The notes below the pieces were generated by a model. It was not told where the DNA came from, made no database searches, and worked only from the letters and a program-made list of their open reading frames with translations. 32,000 nucleotides of DNA from a cyanobacterium endosymbiont of Braarudosphaera bigelowii (GTDB taxonomy: Bacteria > Cyanobacteriota > Cyanobacteriia > Cyanobacteriales > Microcystaceae). Made by a program: the position numbers and the translations under genes. The stretch is taken from positions 1,410,001-1,442,000 of the forward strand of contig NZ_AP024987.1 of NCBI RefSeq assembly GCF_020885515.1, given 5' to 3'. This document shows, in pieces, positions 19,548-30,266 of the stretch (position 1 is the stretch's first letter; each line of letters begins with the position of its first letter).

Positions 19548-21620
19548 CTATTTAATGTATTCCTGATTTTTATGAATCTTATCATTTTTAATGTTAGTAT
19601 CCTTCAATATCTTTAAAAATTCTGCTTCATTTAACTGAATAATATTCAATTTTGCTCCCTCTGATAATTTAGATCCAGGATTATTACCTACTATAATATA
19701 ATTCGTCTTTTTAGTGACTGAATTAACTACTTTACCTCCTAATTCTTTAATTAAATCTTTAGCTTCATTTCTCTTTAAAGTATTTAGACTTCCGGTAATA
19801 ACAAAAGTCATATTTAAAAACTGATGTTTACTTAATTTAGATTCATCAAGCCCTGACTTTTTATCTTCTAAAACAAAACCAATATTGTTTAACTTATTTA
19901 TTAATTTCCCGTTTTCTTCAATTAAAAACCAATCTACAATTGATTGAGCAGCTTCTTTACCTATCCCTTTAATTGTCATCAAAGAATCATGAGAAGCCTT
20001 AGATAAATGTTTAACACTAGAAAAATTTTCTGTTAATAACATAGCTGTTGTATATCCTATATGGTGAATGCCCAGTCCATATAAAATTTGTGTCCAAGAC
20101 TTGTCTTTACTCCTCTCAATAGACTTGATTAGATTTTCTGCAGATTTTTTCCCCATCCGTTCTAAACTAGAAACTTTTTGGAAGTCTAAATAATATAAAT
20201 CTGAAATAGAATTCACCAAGTTAGTACTAATCAAAAGATCTATAATCTTTTCACCTAATCCACATATGTCTAAAGCGTCTCTTGAAGCCCAATGAACTAG
20301 AGTTCCTTTCAAAATTGCTGGACAACTATTATTAATGCAACGAATTACTACTTCATTTGAAAGGCTAGTAAGTATATGATTGCATCTAGTACATCGTTCA
20401 GGAATTTGAAAAGTTTTGATCTTAAAAGGACGTAATGTTTTTAATACCCGAACTACTTCTGGTATTATCTCACCAGCTTTACGTACGACGACTGTGTCTC
20501 CTATACAAATTCCTAATTGGGAGATACGTTCAATATTATGCAACGTAGCTTTACGAACTACTGTTCCACCCAGAAGAACTGGTTTCATTACTGCCATTGG
20601 AGTAACAGCTCCTGTTCTTCCTGTATTAAAAATGATATCTATAATTATTGTGGATACTTCTTCTGCAGGATACTTTAATGCAATTGCCCACCGAGGAAAC
20701 CTTTGTGTAAAGCCTAATTTGTGCTGTAAAGAGTAAGAATTGATTTTTACTACAATTCCGTCTGTCATGTAAGGTAAATGCTTTTTTGCACTTTTCCATT
20801 CATTAAAATAATTAGTTACTGTTTCGAGGGACTTACACAATCGATAATAGGGATTAACTAGAAATCCACATTTTTGTAGAAACTTCAAAGAATTCCATTG
20901 ATTTTCAATATTTAAATTATCAGCATACAAAGAATATGCAAAAAATTGCAGCCTCCTCTTACTTACAATTTTCGAATCTAATTGTCTTAGAGTTCCTGCT
21001 GCTGCATTTCTAGGGTTAGCAAATAAGATCTTTCCTTCTTTTTTCTTTTGTTCATTAATTCTTGTAAATTCATCGAAAGGTAGGAAGACTTCTCCATTTA
21101 TATTTAAAATATCAGGTGGATTATCTAAATTGAGACGTAATGGAATAGAAAAAATAGTACGAATATTTTGAGTAATATCTTCTCCTGTTACGCCATCTCC
21201 TCGTGTTAGACCACGTACTAGTAAACCATTCTTATATGTCAATGATATGGCTGAACCATCAATTTTTAGTTCTGCAACATATTCTATTGATTCGTTTGTT
21301 TGCAATCCTAAGTATTTTTGACAACGACTTTTCCAAGCCTCTAATTCATCTAAGTTGAAAGCATTTTCTAGACTATATAAAGTAATATTATGTTTGACGG
21401 AGGTAAAATGGAGAGCAGGTTTTTCTCCTACTCTTTGTGTAACACTGTTAGAGTTGCTAAAATTTGGATTTTCTTGTTCCAAAGTATATAATTTTCGATA
21501 TAGTTGATCATATACAGAGTCCTCCATTATGGATTCATTTAGAACGTGATAAGCGTAATTAGCCTGTTGCAGTTGTTTGCGAAGTTTTATAATTGTTTTT
21601 TGAATATTTGAATTATTCAT
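19548..21620 (-). CDS. ligA: NAD-dependent DNA ligase LigA
   Basis: Adenylation motif ELKIDGSA (KxDG), an OB fold, a Cys4 zinc finger region (C..C...L......V.RC.N..CPA), HhH repeats and a C-terminal BRCT (FVITGSL). The start is set at the internal ATG (MNNSNIQK, 690 aa). The 23 upstream codons look unconserved, and a start at 21689 is still possible. Confidence 0.93.
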   Translation of the reverse strand: MNNSNIQKTIIKLRKQLQQANYAYHVLNESIMEDSVYDQLYRKLYTLEQENPNFSNSNSVTQRVGEKPALHFTSVKHNITLYSLENAFNLDELEAWKSRCQKYLGLQTNESIEYVAELKIDGSAISLTYKNGLLVRGLTRGDGVTGEDITQNIRTIFSIPLRLNLDNPPDILNINGEVFLPFDEFTRINEQKKKEGKILFANPRNAAAGTLRQLDSKIVSKRRLQFFAYSLYADNLNIENQWNSLKFLQKCGFLVNPYYRLCKSLETVTNYFNEWKSAKKHLPYMTDGIVVKINSYSLQHKLGFTQRFPRWAIALKYPAEEVSTIIIDIIFNTGRTGAVTPMAVMKPVLLGGTVVRKATLHNIERISQLGICIGDTVVVRKAGEIIPEVVRVLKTLRPFKIKTFQIPERCTRCNHILTSLSNEVVIRCINNSCPAILKGTLVHWASRDALDICGLGEKIIDLLISTNLVNSISDLYYLDFQKVSSLERMGKKSAENLIKSIERSKDKSWTQILYGLGIHHIGYTTAMLLTENFSSVKHLSKASHDSLMTIKGIGKEAAQSIVDWFLIEENGKLINKLNNIGFVLEDKKSGLDESKLSKHQFLNMTFVITGSLNTLKRNEAKDLIKELGGKVVNSVTKKTNYIIVGNNPGSKLSEGAKLNIIQLNEAEFLKILKDTNIKNDKIHKNQEYIK

Positions 21621-21979
21621 TTTTCCATCCTTCAATGTAGTAACTGTTGTAACTGTGTTAAATAAATAACTTTCTACATATCTGAGCATATTAATAAATA
21701 TATATTTATTAAAGTTCTAAAGATCATTTACTAATACTAGAAATATCCCAAAAAATGTATTAGCCTTAATAAGTGTTATTGAAATACATTAGTTTTGGAT
21801 TCTAGCAATTTTTAGCCTGTAACGATTAATCAATCTTAATATTTTAAATGAGATAAAAATTATTTTTTTAGGAATTTATTTATAGTCATTTTGACACAAA
21901 ATATATAGGATATTATTAAAAAATATTTAATTTTTTATGTCACATTTAGAATTTTAATATTTAACATGAGTTAATAGCA

Positions 21980-23473
21980 ATGTTGAAGAAAGAAGTAGAA
22001 TTTAATAAAAAAAGAATTGGGACTTTTATTTTAGTCTTATCATTACTTTTTGCAGGAATTGGTAATAGATTTAAACAATTAATAAATTATTATTATCAAC
22101 AAGGGATATTAACTAGTGTTATAGGGAAAAATTCTCCTAATACTGTAAAGACTGTTATTTTAAAACCAAAAATAGTTAAAGTTTTTTCGGAATTTGTTGG
22201 AACTATAGAAGCCAAAAATATATTAACTCTTAAATCAGAGATTAATGGAAAAATAAAACAAATTTCAATTAAGGAAGGAGATTACATCAAAAAAAATCAT
22301 ATAATAATGCAGTTTGATTCTAGTAATTTACAAGCCAAATTACTAGAATCTCAAGCTAGATTAACTAATACAAAAGCTAGATTGTTGGAATTAAAAGCTG
22401 GAAATCGTATTGAAGATCTTGAAGAAGCAGAAGCTAGACTTAGAGGTGCACAAATCCGTTTAAATAATACAACTATAGGAGATAGTGTTGAAGAGATTGC
22501 TCAGGCTAGAGCTCATTTAAGGTCTTCAAAGGCCAGTCTTGAATTAGCTCAACAGCGAGTTACTCGCTACAAAACCCTTAAAGAGCAAGGAGTAATTTCT
22601 ATTGATGAATATCAGGAGCATATAACAATTCTACGTAGAGCAAGAGCTGATCTAGAGCAAACTAAGCGACGTTTATCTCAGCTTAAAAAAAGGCGTTTAG
22701 CTGATTTAGATGAATTAACTACCGTTGTAGAGATGGAAATACAAAACTTACAAAGATTAAAAACTGGTCCACGGCAAGAAGTTGTTACCCAAGCTAAAGC
22801 GGACGTTATAGAAGCAAGCGCACAGCTTCAAGTATCTAAAATTAATATTTCTCAAACTAGCGTAGTAGCACCTCTTGCTGGTGTTGTAGAAAATGTTTTT
22901 ACGAGAGTGAGTGATTATGTCAAGATAGGTGATCCTTTAATAAATTTAATAAATAATGATACTGTAAGCCTAAATTTAGCTATTCCACTAAAATATAATT
23001 CCCGATTAAATATAGGTTTACCTGTAGAAATCGTGGACAATTTAGGGAATACCCTTAGCAAAGGGGAAATTAGCTTCATATCTTCTAATATTATCAAAAG
23101 TTCGCAATCAATATTAATAAGAGTTGATTTTAATAAGCCAAATCAAGGACTTTTGAATGGTCAATTTGTCAAGGCGAGAGTAATTTGGCATAAAAAAAAT
23201 AGTTTATTAATTCCAGCCAACTCTGTATATGATATTGGAGAAGAAAAATTTGCCTTTATAGTCAAAAATGGTAGTTCACGAGAAAGAAATTTAACTAATA
23301 CAATAGCTAAGCGAGTCAAAGTTCAATTAAATAACTTGCAGGGCGATAGCTATCAAGTAATTAATGGCTTAAATATTGGTGATCAACTTATAATATCTAA
23401 AATTAGAAAATTAAAAGATGGAGAGCCTATTAAGCAACTAAATTCTTATGGGGAGAAAGCTGTTAATCATTGA
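21980..23473 (+). CDS. HlyD/RND-type membrane fusion protein (periplasmic adaptor subunit)
   Basis: 497 aa. N-terminal TM anchor, split lipoyl-like motifs (GKIKQISIKEGDYIKKNHIIMQFD ... VVAPLAGVVENV), a long alpha-helical hairpin between them, and beta-barrel/MP-domain-like C-terminus. Confidence 0.8.
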   Translation: MLKKEVEFNKKRIGTFILVLSLLFAGIGNRFKQLINYYYQQGILTSVIGKNSPNTVKTVILKPKIVKVFSEFVGTIEAKNILTLKSEINGKIKQISIKEGDYIKKNHIIMQFDSSNLQAKLLESQARLTNTKARLLELKAGNRIEDLEEAEARLRGAQIRLNNTTIGDSVEEIAQARAHLRSSKASLELAQQRVTRYKTLKEQGVISIDEYQEHITILRRARADLEQTKRRLSQLKKRRLADLDELTTVVEMEIQNLQRLKTGPRQEVVTQAKADVIEASAQLQVSKINISQTSVVAPLAGVVENVFTRVSDYVKIGDPLINLINNDTVSLNLAIPLKYNSRLNIGLPVEIVDNLGNTLSKGEISFISSNIIKSSQSILIRVDFNKPNQGLLNGQFVKARVIWHKKNSLLIPANSVYDIGEEKFAFIVKNGSSRERNLTNTIAKRVKVQLNNLQGDSYQVINGLNIGDQLIISKIRKLKDGEPIKQLNSYGEKAVNH

Positions 23474-23525
23474 ACAAGTAAATCAAGTCTATATAAATTC
23501 TATTGTCATTATTCAATACATTTTT

Positions 23526-24224
23526 TTATTGAGTTAATCCATGCTTTAAGGCAAAACGTACTAATTCTGTACGACTATTTGTTTCCGTTTTGCCAAACAA
23601 GCGACTTACATACTTTTCTACATTTCTAACACTTGTATTTAAGCGAGCTGCAATTTCTTTATTCATAAGGCCCTCTGCAACTAGGTCTAAAACACTCTTT
23701 TCTCTTGGAGTTAAATCAATTTTAATGTGTGGTGGTATTACCGTTAAATGAGTTTTTTGTTGTCCTAACTGTTCTTTTAATCCTTTAATTTCTTGGGCTA
23801 TCTCTTCTAGTTTTATAGAATCACTACCAATTTTCCCATTAATTTTACGACGCTCTAGAAAGCTTTTTACAATAGCCTCTAATTCTTCAGGATCAAATGG
23901 TTTGGGTAAATATACGTCGCAACCAGCATTGTAACCTTTAATACGGTCAGCAGTCATGCCTCTAGCAGTAAGAAAAATTAGAGGAATAGTTTGCAAGCGA
24001 ATGTTATGACGTATCTTCTCTAAAAATTGATATCCATCTATCTCTGGCATCATAACATCAGAGATAATAATATCAGGAACCATAATCTCTAGAAGTTTCC
24101 AGGCTTCCTTTGCATTATTGGCAATTTTTACTGTTAATTTACCATCATATTCTAAGTATGTTTGTACGGATTCACATATACTTGGTTCATCATCAACTAA
24201 TAAAATTATAGGAGAATTACTCAT
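23526..24224 (-). CDS. Two-component response regulator, NarL/LuxR (FixJ) type
   Basis: 232 aa. REC domain (LLVDDE, phospho-acceptor in IIISDVMMPEIDG, conserved T in LTARG and K in LPKPF). C-terminal LuxR HTH (LTPREKSVLDLVAEGLMNKEIAARLNTSVRNVEKYVSRLF.K). No histidine kinase in the window. Confidence 0.9.
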   Translation of the reverse strand: MSNSPIILLVDDEPSICESVQTYLEYDGKLTVKIANNAKEAWKLLEIMVPDIIISDVMMPEIDGYQFLEKIRHNIRLQTIPLIFLTARGMTADRIKGYNAGCDVYLPKPFDPEELEAIVKSFLERRKINGKIGSDSIKLEEIAQEIKGLKEQLGQQKTHLTVIPPHIKIDLTPREKSVLDLVAEGLMNKEIAARLNTSVRNVEKYVSRLFGKTETNSRTELVRFALKHGLTQ

Positions 24225-24256
24225 GATTTATATTTTAACTAATGCTATTAACAATT

Positions 24257-24559
24257 TTAATTCGAATGTTTATCTATAGAAATTACCTCGACTTCAACCG
24301 TTTCGTTTTCTGATGATTCTTTTTCCATAACTTGAGTAGAACCTCTCCTTTCTTCAAATATTACTTTAATAAGCTCTGTTATTAATAGACTTAGAATAAC
24401 AAAATCGTCTATTTGTCCTATTATAGGAAAAAAATCCGGGGAGAAATCTAAAGGGCTTATAAAATAAATTAAAGTACCTAAAACTATCCACCAGCGATAT
24501 TTAGTACTACGAATTAGAGATCTATAATAATCGTAGATAGAGTGTAAAGAAAATTTCAT
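24257..24559 (-). CDS. DUF1232 (YkvA-like) small membrane protein
   Basis: Motif YFISPLDFSPDFFPIIGQIDDFVILSLL matches the DUF1232 core (Y.isP.D.iPDfiP..G..DD). The start is placed at ATG 24559 (MKFSLH, 100 aa). The ORF-track start at 24613 is a GTG extension. Confidence 0.7.
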   Translation of the reverse strand: MKFSLHSIYDYYRSLIRSTKYRWWIVLGTLIYFISPLDFSPDFFPIIGQIDDFVILSLLITELIKVIFEERRGSTQVMEKESSENETVEVEVISIDKHSN

Positions 24560-24747
24560 TGCATTAACCGTATTTAATATTTCAATCCTAATTGAGGATA
24601 TAGTTATATGCACTTATGTGACTTAAGTATTTATATCAAGTATTTTAAATATATAAGATATTAATTCTTAATATGAGAATTATCAAACAATTTTTGTTTA
24701 ATCGTTGATAATTTTCTTTATTTAATATTAATTTTTATGGCTAATTA

Positions 24748-25779
24748 CTATGATCTTTGTAGAGATTTATCTTTTAGAAGACCAGTAAGCAAAGATGCAG
24801 GTGGTTTTTTGTAAGGCCAAGCAAAAGCATGTTGAAAAGCAAAATTTTGACAAGCTTGTAATTGATGAAAATCAATTACATCTTGAGTTAAAAGATTTTC
24901 GAATTCGAAAGGCAAACGTACATTATGTAGCCCTGCATTATCTGTACAGATTGCTATATGTACTCCTGCTTCAAAACAACGATCAAAAACAGTCTTTAAT
25001 TCGTATAAATTTTCTAAATTTCCTGTTTTTAAATATGTCGTAGGACAGATCTCTAAACATTGGTTAGAACGTGCAATTGTAGGCAATAATTCTGGAAACT
25101 TTAAGGGTATTTGAATACCATGACCAATCCTCATCAAATATGGAAGAAGTTCAGGATAACAACCGTCGGAAGTTTCGTAAAGATGACCAGTCGTGTTTAA
25201 TCCCATTGACCTCGCATATTTATATAAATCTATGAATTCATCTAATCTTTCACCATAATGAGAGTCTCCTCCTGCAACATCGATAGCGCAAACATAATTT
25301 TTCATCTGAGCAGCTAAATCTACTATAGCCTTATTAACCTCATAAGGTAAACGAGAATGCATACAAAGAATTTGACTTATTACGATAGGGTACTCTTTTA
25401 CTTGACTAGCTTTACCAACTATTTTAACGATACTAGTCATAGCATCAATTCTCTCTGACTGTTCAAGATACTGAGGGGTACGAAGATATGGAGTATATCT
25501 TAATTCCAAATATGCTAAATGTTCAAATATATAAGCCCCACGAATTAAGCGATAGATAAAGTAAGGAAGTGTTTGTTCTGTCTGAACGTTTTCCACTAAA
25601 GTATGTAATTCTAAATACTCATCTAATGTTTTACGCTTGCGTGTGTAAAACTCTTCAAAAACTGGATATTGAGGAAATCTTTGTGCCATTTTAGGGTCAT
25701 GGCGTTTAAAATATCTCCAAAGAATACGGGGAACTACTGATCCTCCTAAATGGCGATGTAAATCTGCATATAGTGCCAT
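24748..25779 (-). CDS. Adenosine deaminase family protein (metal-dependent hydrolase)
   Basis: 343 aa from ATG 25779. N-terminal metal-ligand motif DLHRHLGG, a later GH..E region, and C-terminal ICTDNAG (catalytic Asp-pair region) typical of the ADA/AMP deaminase superfamily. Confidence 0.8.
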   Translation of the reverse strand: MALYADLHRHLGGSVVPRILWRYFKRHDPKMAQRFPQYPVFEEFYTRKRKTLDEYLELHTLVENVQTEQTLPYFIYRLIRGAYIFEHLAYLELRYTPYLRTPQYLEQSERIDAMTSIVKIVGKASQVKEYPIVISQILCMHSRLPYEVNKAIVDLAAQMKNYVCAIDVAGGDSHYGERLDEFIDLYKYARSMGLNTTGHLYETSDGCYPELLPYLMRIGHGIQIPLKFPELLPTIARSNQCLEICPTTYLKTGNLENLYELKTVFDRCFEAGVHIAICTDNAGLHNVRLPFEFENLLTQDVIDFHQLQACQNFAFQHAFAWPYKKPPASLLTGLLKDKSLQRS

Positions 25780-26005
25780 AAAAATCTCCAAAGAATATAT
25801 ATTATGTTTTATCTTAAAACTATTAAGATAAAGAATATTTTAAAATAATTCCACTAAAGAATAATGTCTGATCGTAACAATGGCTTAAATGGTAAGAAAG
25901 TTCTATTTAGAATAGTCCTATAGTTATTAAAATTTAACTAGAGCATATAAGATTTTTAACAATTAATTTAATCAATGGTTAGTAAAAAATAATAAACTTT
26001 AATAA

Positions 26006-26037
26006 AAAGCGGTAGAAGTATATACTTCTACCGCTTT
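26006..26037 (-). terminator. Rho-independent terminator of clpC
   Basis: Perfect 32-nt palindrome aaagcggtagaagtatatacttctaccgcttt lying 21 nt after the clpC stop. On the minus strand it is followed directly by TTTTTATT. Confidence 0.7.
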
Positions 26038-26058
26038 AAGAGTATCAAATTGTTACTT

Positions 26059-28536
26059 TTAAGAATCAGATGTTGGAGTTAAGATAAAACTTGACTGTTC
26101 ATCCTCTGTAACAACAACTTTAACCTGTCCTTGTTCATCAATATCTACTTCTGCAACATCCCCTTCTCTAACTTTTCCTGAAAGAATTTCTTCAGCCAAA
26201 ATATCTTCAAGAAGACGCATAATAGCACGACGTAGTGGTCTTGCACCATAAGAAGGATTATAGCCTTCTTCAACTAGACGTTCTTTAAACTTGTCAGTAA
26301 CTCGAAGTGTAATTTCTTTTTCTGTTAACCGAGCAAATACTTCCTTGAGAAGAATTTCAGAAATTTCTTTAACTTCCTCTTTATTTAGTTGACGGAAAAC
26401 AATAATTTCATCTAATCTATTAAGAAATTCTGGGCGGAAATATTCTTTTAATTCCTCATTAACTAAAGAACGAATTCTATTATATTGCGCATCTGCTTGA
26501 TTATTTTCAAATTCGAAACCTAATCCACCACCACCTTTCTCAATAACTTTTGACCCTATATTAGAAGTCATGATTAACAAAGTATTTTTAAAATCTACCG
26601 TACGTCCTTTCGCATCGGTCAAACGACCATCTTCTAATATTTGTAACAACATATTGAAGATGTCTGGATGTGCTTTTTCAATCTCATCAAATAAGATTAC
26701 TGTATAAGGACGACGACGTACTGCCTCCGTTAATTGCCCTCCTTCGTTATAACCAACATATCCAGGTGGAGATCCAATTAGTTTAGATACAGTATGACGT
26801 TCCATATACTCAGACATGTCTAGACGAACCATTGCTTCTTCTGAACCAAAGAAATAAGCTGCTAATGCTTTTGTGAGTTCAGTTTTTCCGACACCTGTAG
26901 GACCAGAAAATATAAAACTAGCAATAGGACGATTAGGATTTTTAAGTCCAACTCTTGCACGACGTATAGCTCTTGAAACAGCTTTAACAGCATCTTCTTG
27001 ACCAATAAGTCTTTGATGTAAAGTTGTTTCCATATTTAGAAGCTTTTCAGATTCAGTCTCTGTAAGTTTATTTACAGGTACTCCCGTCCAAGAAGCAACA
27101 ATATGAGCTATTTCTTCTGAGTCTACAAAAGGTTCATCATTTTCTCCTTCTCCTTTTTTGGTAGAAGAAATTGAACGAATTTTTGCCTTAATCTCCATTT
27201 CTTGGTCTCGTAGTTGTCCTGCACGATTAAAATCTTGCGAACGAACTGCATCATCCTTCTGCTTTAGTATAGTGCGTAATTCTTTGTCTAATTCTTTAGC
27301 TTCAGGAGGAAGTTGAGAATTAGTCAAACGTACTCTAGAACCTGCTTCATCTATGAGATCGATGGCTTTATCCGGAAGAAAGCGATCAGAAATATAACGA
27401 TCCGATAATTTAGCAGCTGCTTCTAATGCCTCGTCTAAAATTTTAAGCTTATGATGCTGCTCATAACGTTCTCTTAGACCATAAAGAATCTGAATGGTCT
27501 CTTCTACAGTTGGTTCTCCTACCATTACTGGTTGAAAACGTCTCTCTAAAGCAGCATCTTTTTCGATATGTTTACGATATTCATCAAGAGTAGTTGCTCC
27601 AATACATTGAAGCTCCCCTCTTGCTAAAGCTGGTTTAAGAATATTAGCTGCATCAATAGCCCCTTCAGCAGCGCCTGCGCCAATAAGCGTATGAACTTCA
27701 TCAATAACTAGGATTATGTTCTCTGTTTGACGAATTTCCTCCATAATTTTTTTGAGGCGTTCTTCAAATTCTCCTCGATACTTCGTCCCCGCTACTAACA
27801 AACCTATATCAAGAGTCACAACTCTTTTATCTTCAAGAATATCAGGAATGTCTTGGTTAGCAATACGTTGGGCAAGTCCCTCAGCAATGGCTGTTTTACC
27901 GACACCTGGCTCCCCAATAAGAACTGGATTGTTTTTAGTACGACGACCAAGAATTTGAATTACTCGTTCAATTTCTTTTTGTCTACCAACGACTGGATCA
28001 AGTTGTCCATCTGTAGCCAATTGAGTCAAATTCGAACCAAACTCATCGAGAGTAGGAGTTTTAGTCCTACCAGGTGCTACTCCTCCTGCAGCAACTTCTG
28101 CAGTCTCTCCCAATTGACGAATAACTTGAGTTCTTACTTTAGAGAGATCTACACCAAGATTTTCAAGGACTCTTGCTGCAACTCCTTCTCCTTCTCTAAT
28201 TAATCCTAATAGAAGATGTTCTGTTCCAATGTAATTGTGTCCTAGTTGTCTGGCCTCTTCTAAAGAGAGTTCTAGAACTCTTTTTGCTCTTGGGGTAAAA
28301 GGAATTTCAACAGCGACGAACCCCGAACCTCGTCCAATAATTTTCTCAACTTCAATACGAGCATCTTTAAGATTAACTCCCATAGATTTAAGAACTTTGG
28401 CTGCGACTCCAGTTCCTTCGCCAATTAGCCCTAGAAGAATTTGCTCTGTCCCGACAAAGTTATGACCAAGACGGCGAGCTTCTTCCTGGGCAAGCATAAT
28501 TACCTTAATGGCTTTCTCTGTAAAGCGTTCAAACAT
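26059..28536 (-). CDS. clpC: ATP-dependent Clp protease ATP-binding subunit ClpC
   Basis: 825 aa. Duplicated Clp_N repeats ([38 protein letters not shown]...), two AAA+ modules with Walker A GEPGVGKT and GPTGVGKT, a UVR-like linker and a ClpB_D2-small C-terminus. Confidence 0.97.
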   Translation of the reverse strand: MFERFTEKAIKVIMLAQEEARRLGHNFVGTEQILLGLIGEGTGVAAKVLKSMGVNLKDARIEVEKIIGRGSGFVAVEIPFTPRAKRVLELSLEEARQLGHNYIGTEHLLLGLIREGEGVAARVLENLGVDLSKVRTQVIRQLGETAEVAAGGVAPGRTKTPTLDEFGSNLTQLATDGQLDPVVGRQKEIERVIQILGRRTKNNPVLIGEPGVGKTAIAEGLAQRIANQDIPDILEDKRVVTLDIGLLVAGTKYRGEFEERLKKIMEEIRQTENIILVIDEVHTLIGAGAAEGAIDAANILKPALARGELQCIGATTLDEYRKHIEKDAALERRFQPVMVGEPTVEETIQILYGLRERYEQHHKLKILDEALEAAAKLSDRYISDRFLPDKAIDLIDEAGSRVRLTNSQLPPEAKELDKELRTILKQKDDAVRSQDFNRAGQLRDQEMEIKAKIRSISSTKKGEGENDEPFVDSEEIAHIVASWTGVPVNKLTETESEKLLNMETTLHQRLIGQEDAVKAVSRAIRRARVGLKNPNRPIASFIFSGPTGVGKTELTKALAAYFFGSEEAMVRLDMSEYMERHTVSKLIGSPPGYVGYNEGGQLTEAVRRRPYTVILFDEIEKAHPDIFNMLLQILEDGRLTDAKGRTVDFKNTLLIMTSNIGSKVIEKGGGGLGFEFENNQADAQYNRIRSLVNEELKEYFRPEFLNRLDEIIVFRQLNKEEVKEISEILLKEVFARLTEKEITLRVTDKFKERLVEEGYNPSYGARPLRRAIMRLLEDILAEEILSGKVREGDVAEVDIDEQGQVKVVVTEDEQSSFILTPTSDS

Positions 28537-29125
28537 TTTATTTGTCCATCATCTGCTGCTTTCTCTTGTAAATTGATCTTAGCACAGCTTTCTATCTCTA
28601 CTACTCATGTAAAGACTTAGAGTATTACTATTATATAAAGTTTTTATTCTTCTCTAATGCTATTAGCCTTTGTATGATTACAATGTAGAGTTTAATCATA
28701 TTTTGACTAAATTCCATATTTTTATTTTATTTATTTAAAATATTAAAAATATCTAAATTTAGTATGTGTTTTCATGTATTGGTACTAAAACTAATAAGTT
28801 GACCAATGCGGAAAACTATGGAGATTACAAGGTGATTTTATTCAATACTTTTTTAATAATAAATTTATATTTTCTTTATCATGATTAGTAAATCAAAACA
28901 CAGTAACAGTTAATCGTTATTGTATTAAGCTTAAAATAATTAAGTTCTCTTAATGTAAGACAAAATTTTTTCAACTAACATAAAGCCTTCTTATGAGTTT
29001 ATCAAATACAAGATTAATTCATTAAAAATATTAATAATTTTCTTGTTTTTTAGATTAAGTTAAAAATCATAGCTTTTATAACTATTTCAAGAATACATAC
29101 GCTTAGAAACTATTCAGTTTAATTC

Positions 29126-30046
29126 TTATTCAAAATAATTAATTCTTGCCCCGCAATTATCTATAGACAGTAATTTCGTTTCTGAGGTCACTGCCTGAGT
29201 TAACCATGCTTCTTTTGTTGCACATTCAATACTACTAATATTTTCGAAACTAGTTAAAACTAATAAAGTAGGACCAGCACCACTAATTACTACGCCATAT
29301 GCTCCTGCTCTGATAGCAGCTTGTCTAACAATGTCATAACCTTTAATTAAGTTTTGACGATATGGTTGATGAAGCTTATCTTGTAACGCACTAGATAGCC
29401 ATTTCCCATTACCTATTTCTAAAGATTTAATAAGTAATCCCATATGAGCAATATTAAAAATTGCATCATCTATAGATACTGTTTTTGGTATAACGGATCT
29501 TGCTTTTTCAGTTAGTAGTTCAAAGTCAGGAATAACAATGAGAGGAATAATAGATGAATGCCAATTAATCGGGTATGCTTCCCAGTCAATACCTTGTTTA
29601 ATAGATAGTTGACATTTTCCAAATAAAGCAGGTACAACATTATCAGGATGACCCTCTAGCTTTATCGCTAAATTCATTAGCTCAAGCTTTGATAAGGGTT
29701 GACCTGCCAATTCATTAGCCCCAATCAGACCACCTATAATCGCCGTAGCAGAACTTCCCAGACCTCTAGATAAAGGTATTCCTAGCTTAATCTTAATTGA
29801 AATTTTTGGGGGTATTTCTCCTATGTGACGGTATAAGTATGTGAATGCTTTATAAACTAAATTGTTATAATCACATTTAACTTTACTAGCTTCTCTTCCT
29901 ATTACATTGATATTTAATTGAGATTCATCTTTCTCCCGTTTAGCAAAATAAAATTGATTGTACATAGTTAGAGCAGAACCTATACAATCAAATGCTGGAC
30001 CGATGTTTGCTGTCGTTGCGGGCACAATAACACTAATAGTAGACAT
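29126..30046 (-). CDS. thrB: Homoserine kinase
   Basis: GHMP kinase. N-terminal VPATTANIGPAFDCIG and ATP motif PLSRGLGSSATAI. The start is set at ATG 30046 (MSTISVIVPATTAN, 306 aa). The ORF-track TTG start at 30100 is a likely over-extension. Confidence 0.9.
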   Translation of the reverse strand: MSTISVIVPATTANIGPAFDCIGSALTMYNQFYFAKREKDESQLNINVIGREASKVKCDYNNLVYKAFTYLYRHIGEIPPKISIKIKLGIPLSRGLGSSATAIIGGLIGANELAGQPLSKLELMNLAIKLEGHPDNVVPALFGKCQLSIKQGIDWEAYPINWHSSIIPLIVIPDFELLTEKARSVIPKTVSIDDAIFNIAHMGLLIKSLEIGNGKWLSSALQDKLHQPYRQNLIKGYDIVRQAAIRAGAYGVVISGAGPTLLVLTSFENISSIECATKEAWLTQAVTSETKLLSIDNCGARINYFE

Positions 30047-30266
30047 AGTAAACTTATTGTATAAAAGTCTCTGTATAACTAATTTTTTCTTACGCACCAA
30101 ATATGTACAATATTTAGTATATAGAAATTCAAAAATAAAAAGCTACTACTTCTAATTGTTTTTATAGTTCTCTAAAATTAAGAACTATGAAAGACAAATG
30201 TAATTAACAATAGATTTTTTATTCAAGATAAAAATTTCTTGATTTAAAAGACTATTTTATTAATAT

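Noticed and set aside
20416-20736. Tracked 106-aa + strand ORF inside ligA
   Set aside because: It is antisense to the conserved ligase OB-fold/Zn-finger region. The open frame is explained by codon bias of the real gene.
22915-23097. Tracked minus-strand ORF inside the HlyD-type gene
   Set aside because: It is an antisense overlap with a supported CDS and has no motifs.
21690-24224. HlyD-type adaptor and response regulator as one regulatory/secretion operon
   Set aside because: The two genes are convergent on opposite strands and cannot be co-transcribed. No pump, toxin or kinase genes are present.
24795-25043. Tracked + strand ORF inside the adenosine deaminase family gene
   Set aside because: It is an antisense overlap with low-complexity translation.
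24748-25779. Adenosine deaminase gene as part of a RADAR-like or other deaminase-based defence system
   Set aside because: It is 343 aa with ordinary ADA-superfamily motifs. There is no adjacent large ATPase or other defence partner, and its neighbours are housekeeping genes. This is consistent with the conserved cyanobacterial metabolic enzyme.
26012-26025. Exact NtcA-box pattern GTA-N8-TAC downstream of clpC
   Set aside because: It is embedded in the perfect 32-nt terminator palindrome, so the motif is a by-product of the hairpin symmetry. No gene lies downstream in an appropriate position.
27752-28465. Three tracked + strand ORFs (27752-27958, 27853-28203, 28235-28465) inside clpC
   Set aside because: All are antisense to the highly conserved ClpC. 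Their Ser/Pro/Arg-rich translations are typical of the reverse strand of a real gene.
28634-28662. clpC promoter call (TTAGAG-16-TATAAT on the minus strand)
   Set aside because: The -35 match is poor, and TATAAT-like hexamers are frequent in this AT-rich spacer. This is not strong enough to report as a feature.
29958-30155. Tracked + strand ORF overlapping the thrB 5' end
   Set aside because: It is antisense to the conserved N-terminus of homoserine kinase and has no support.
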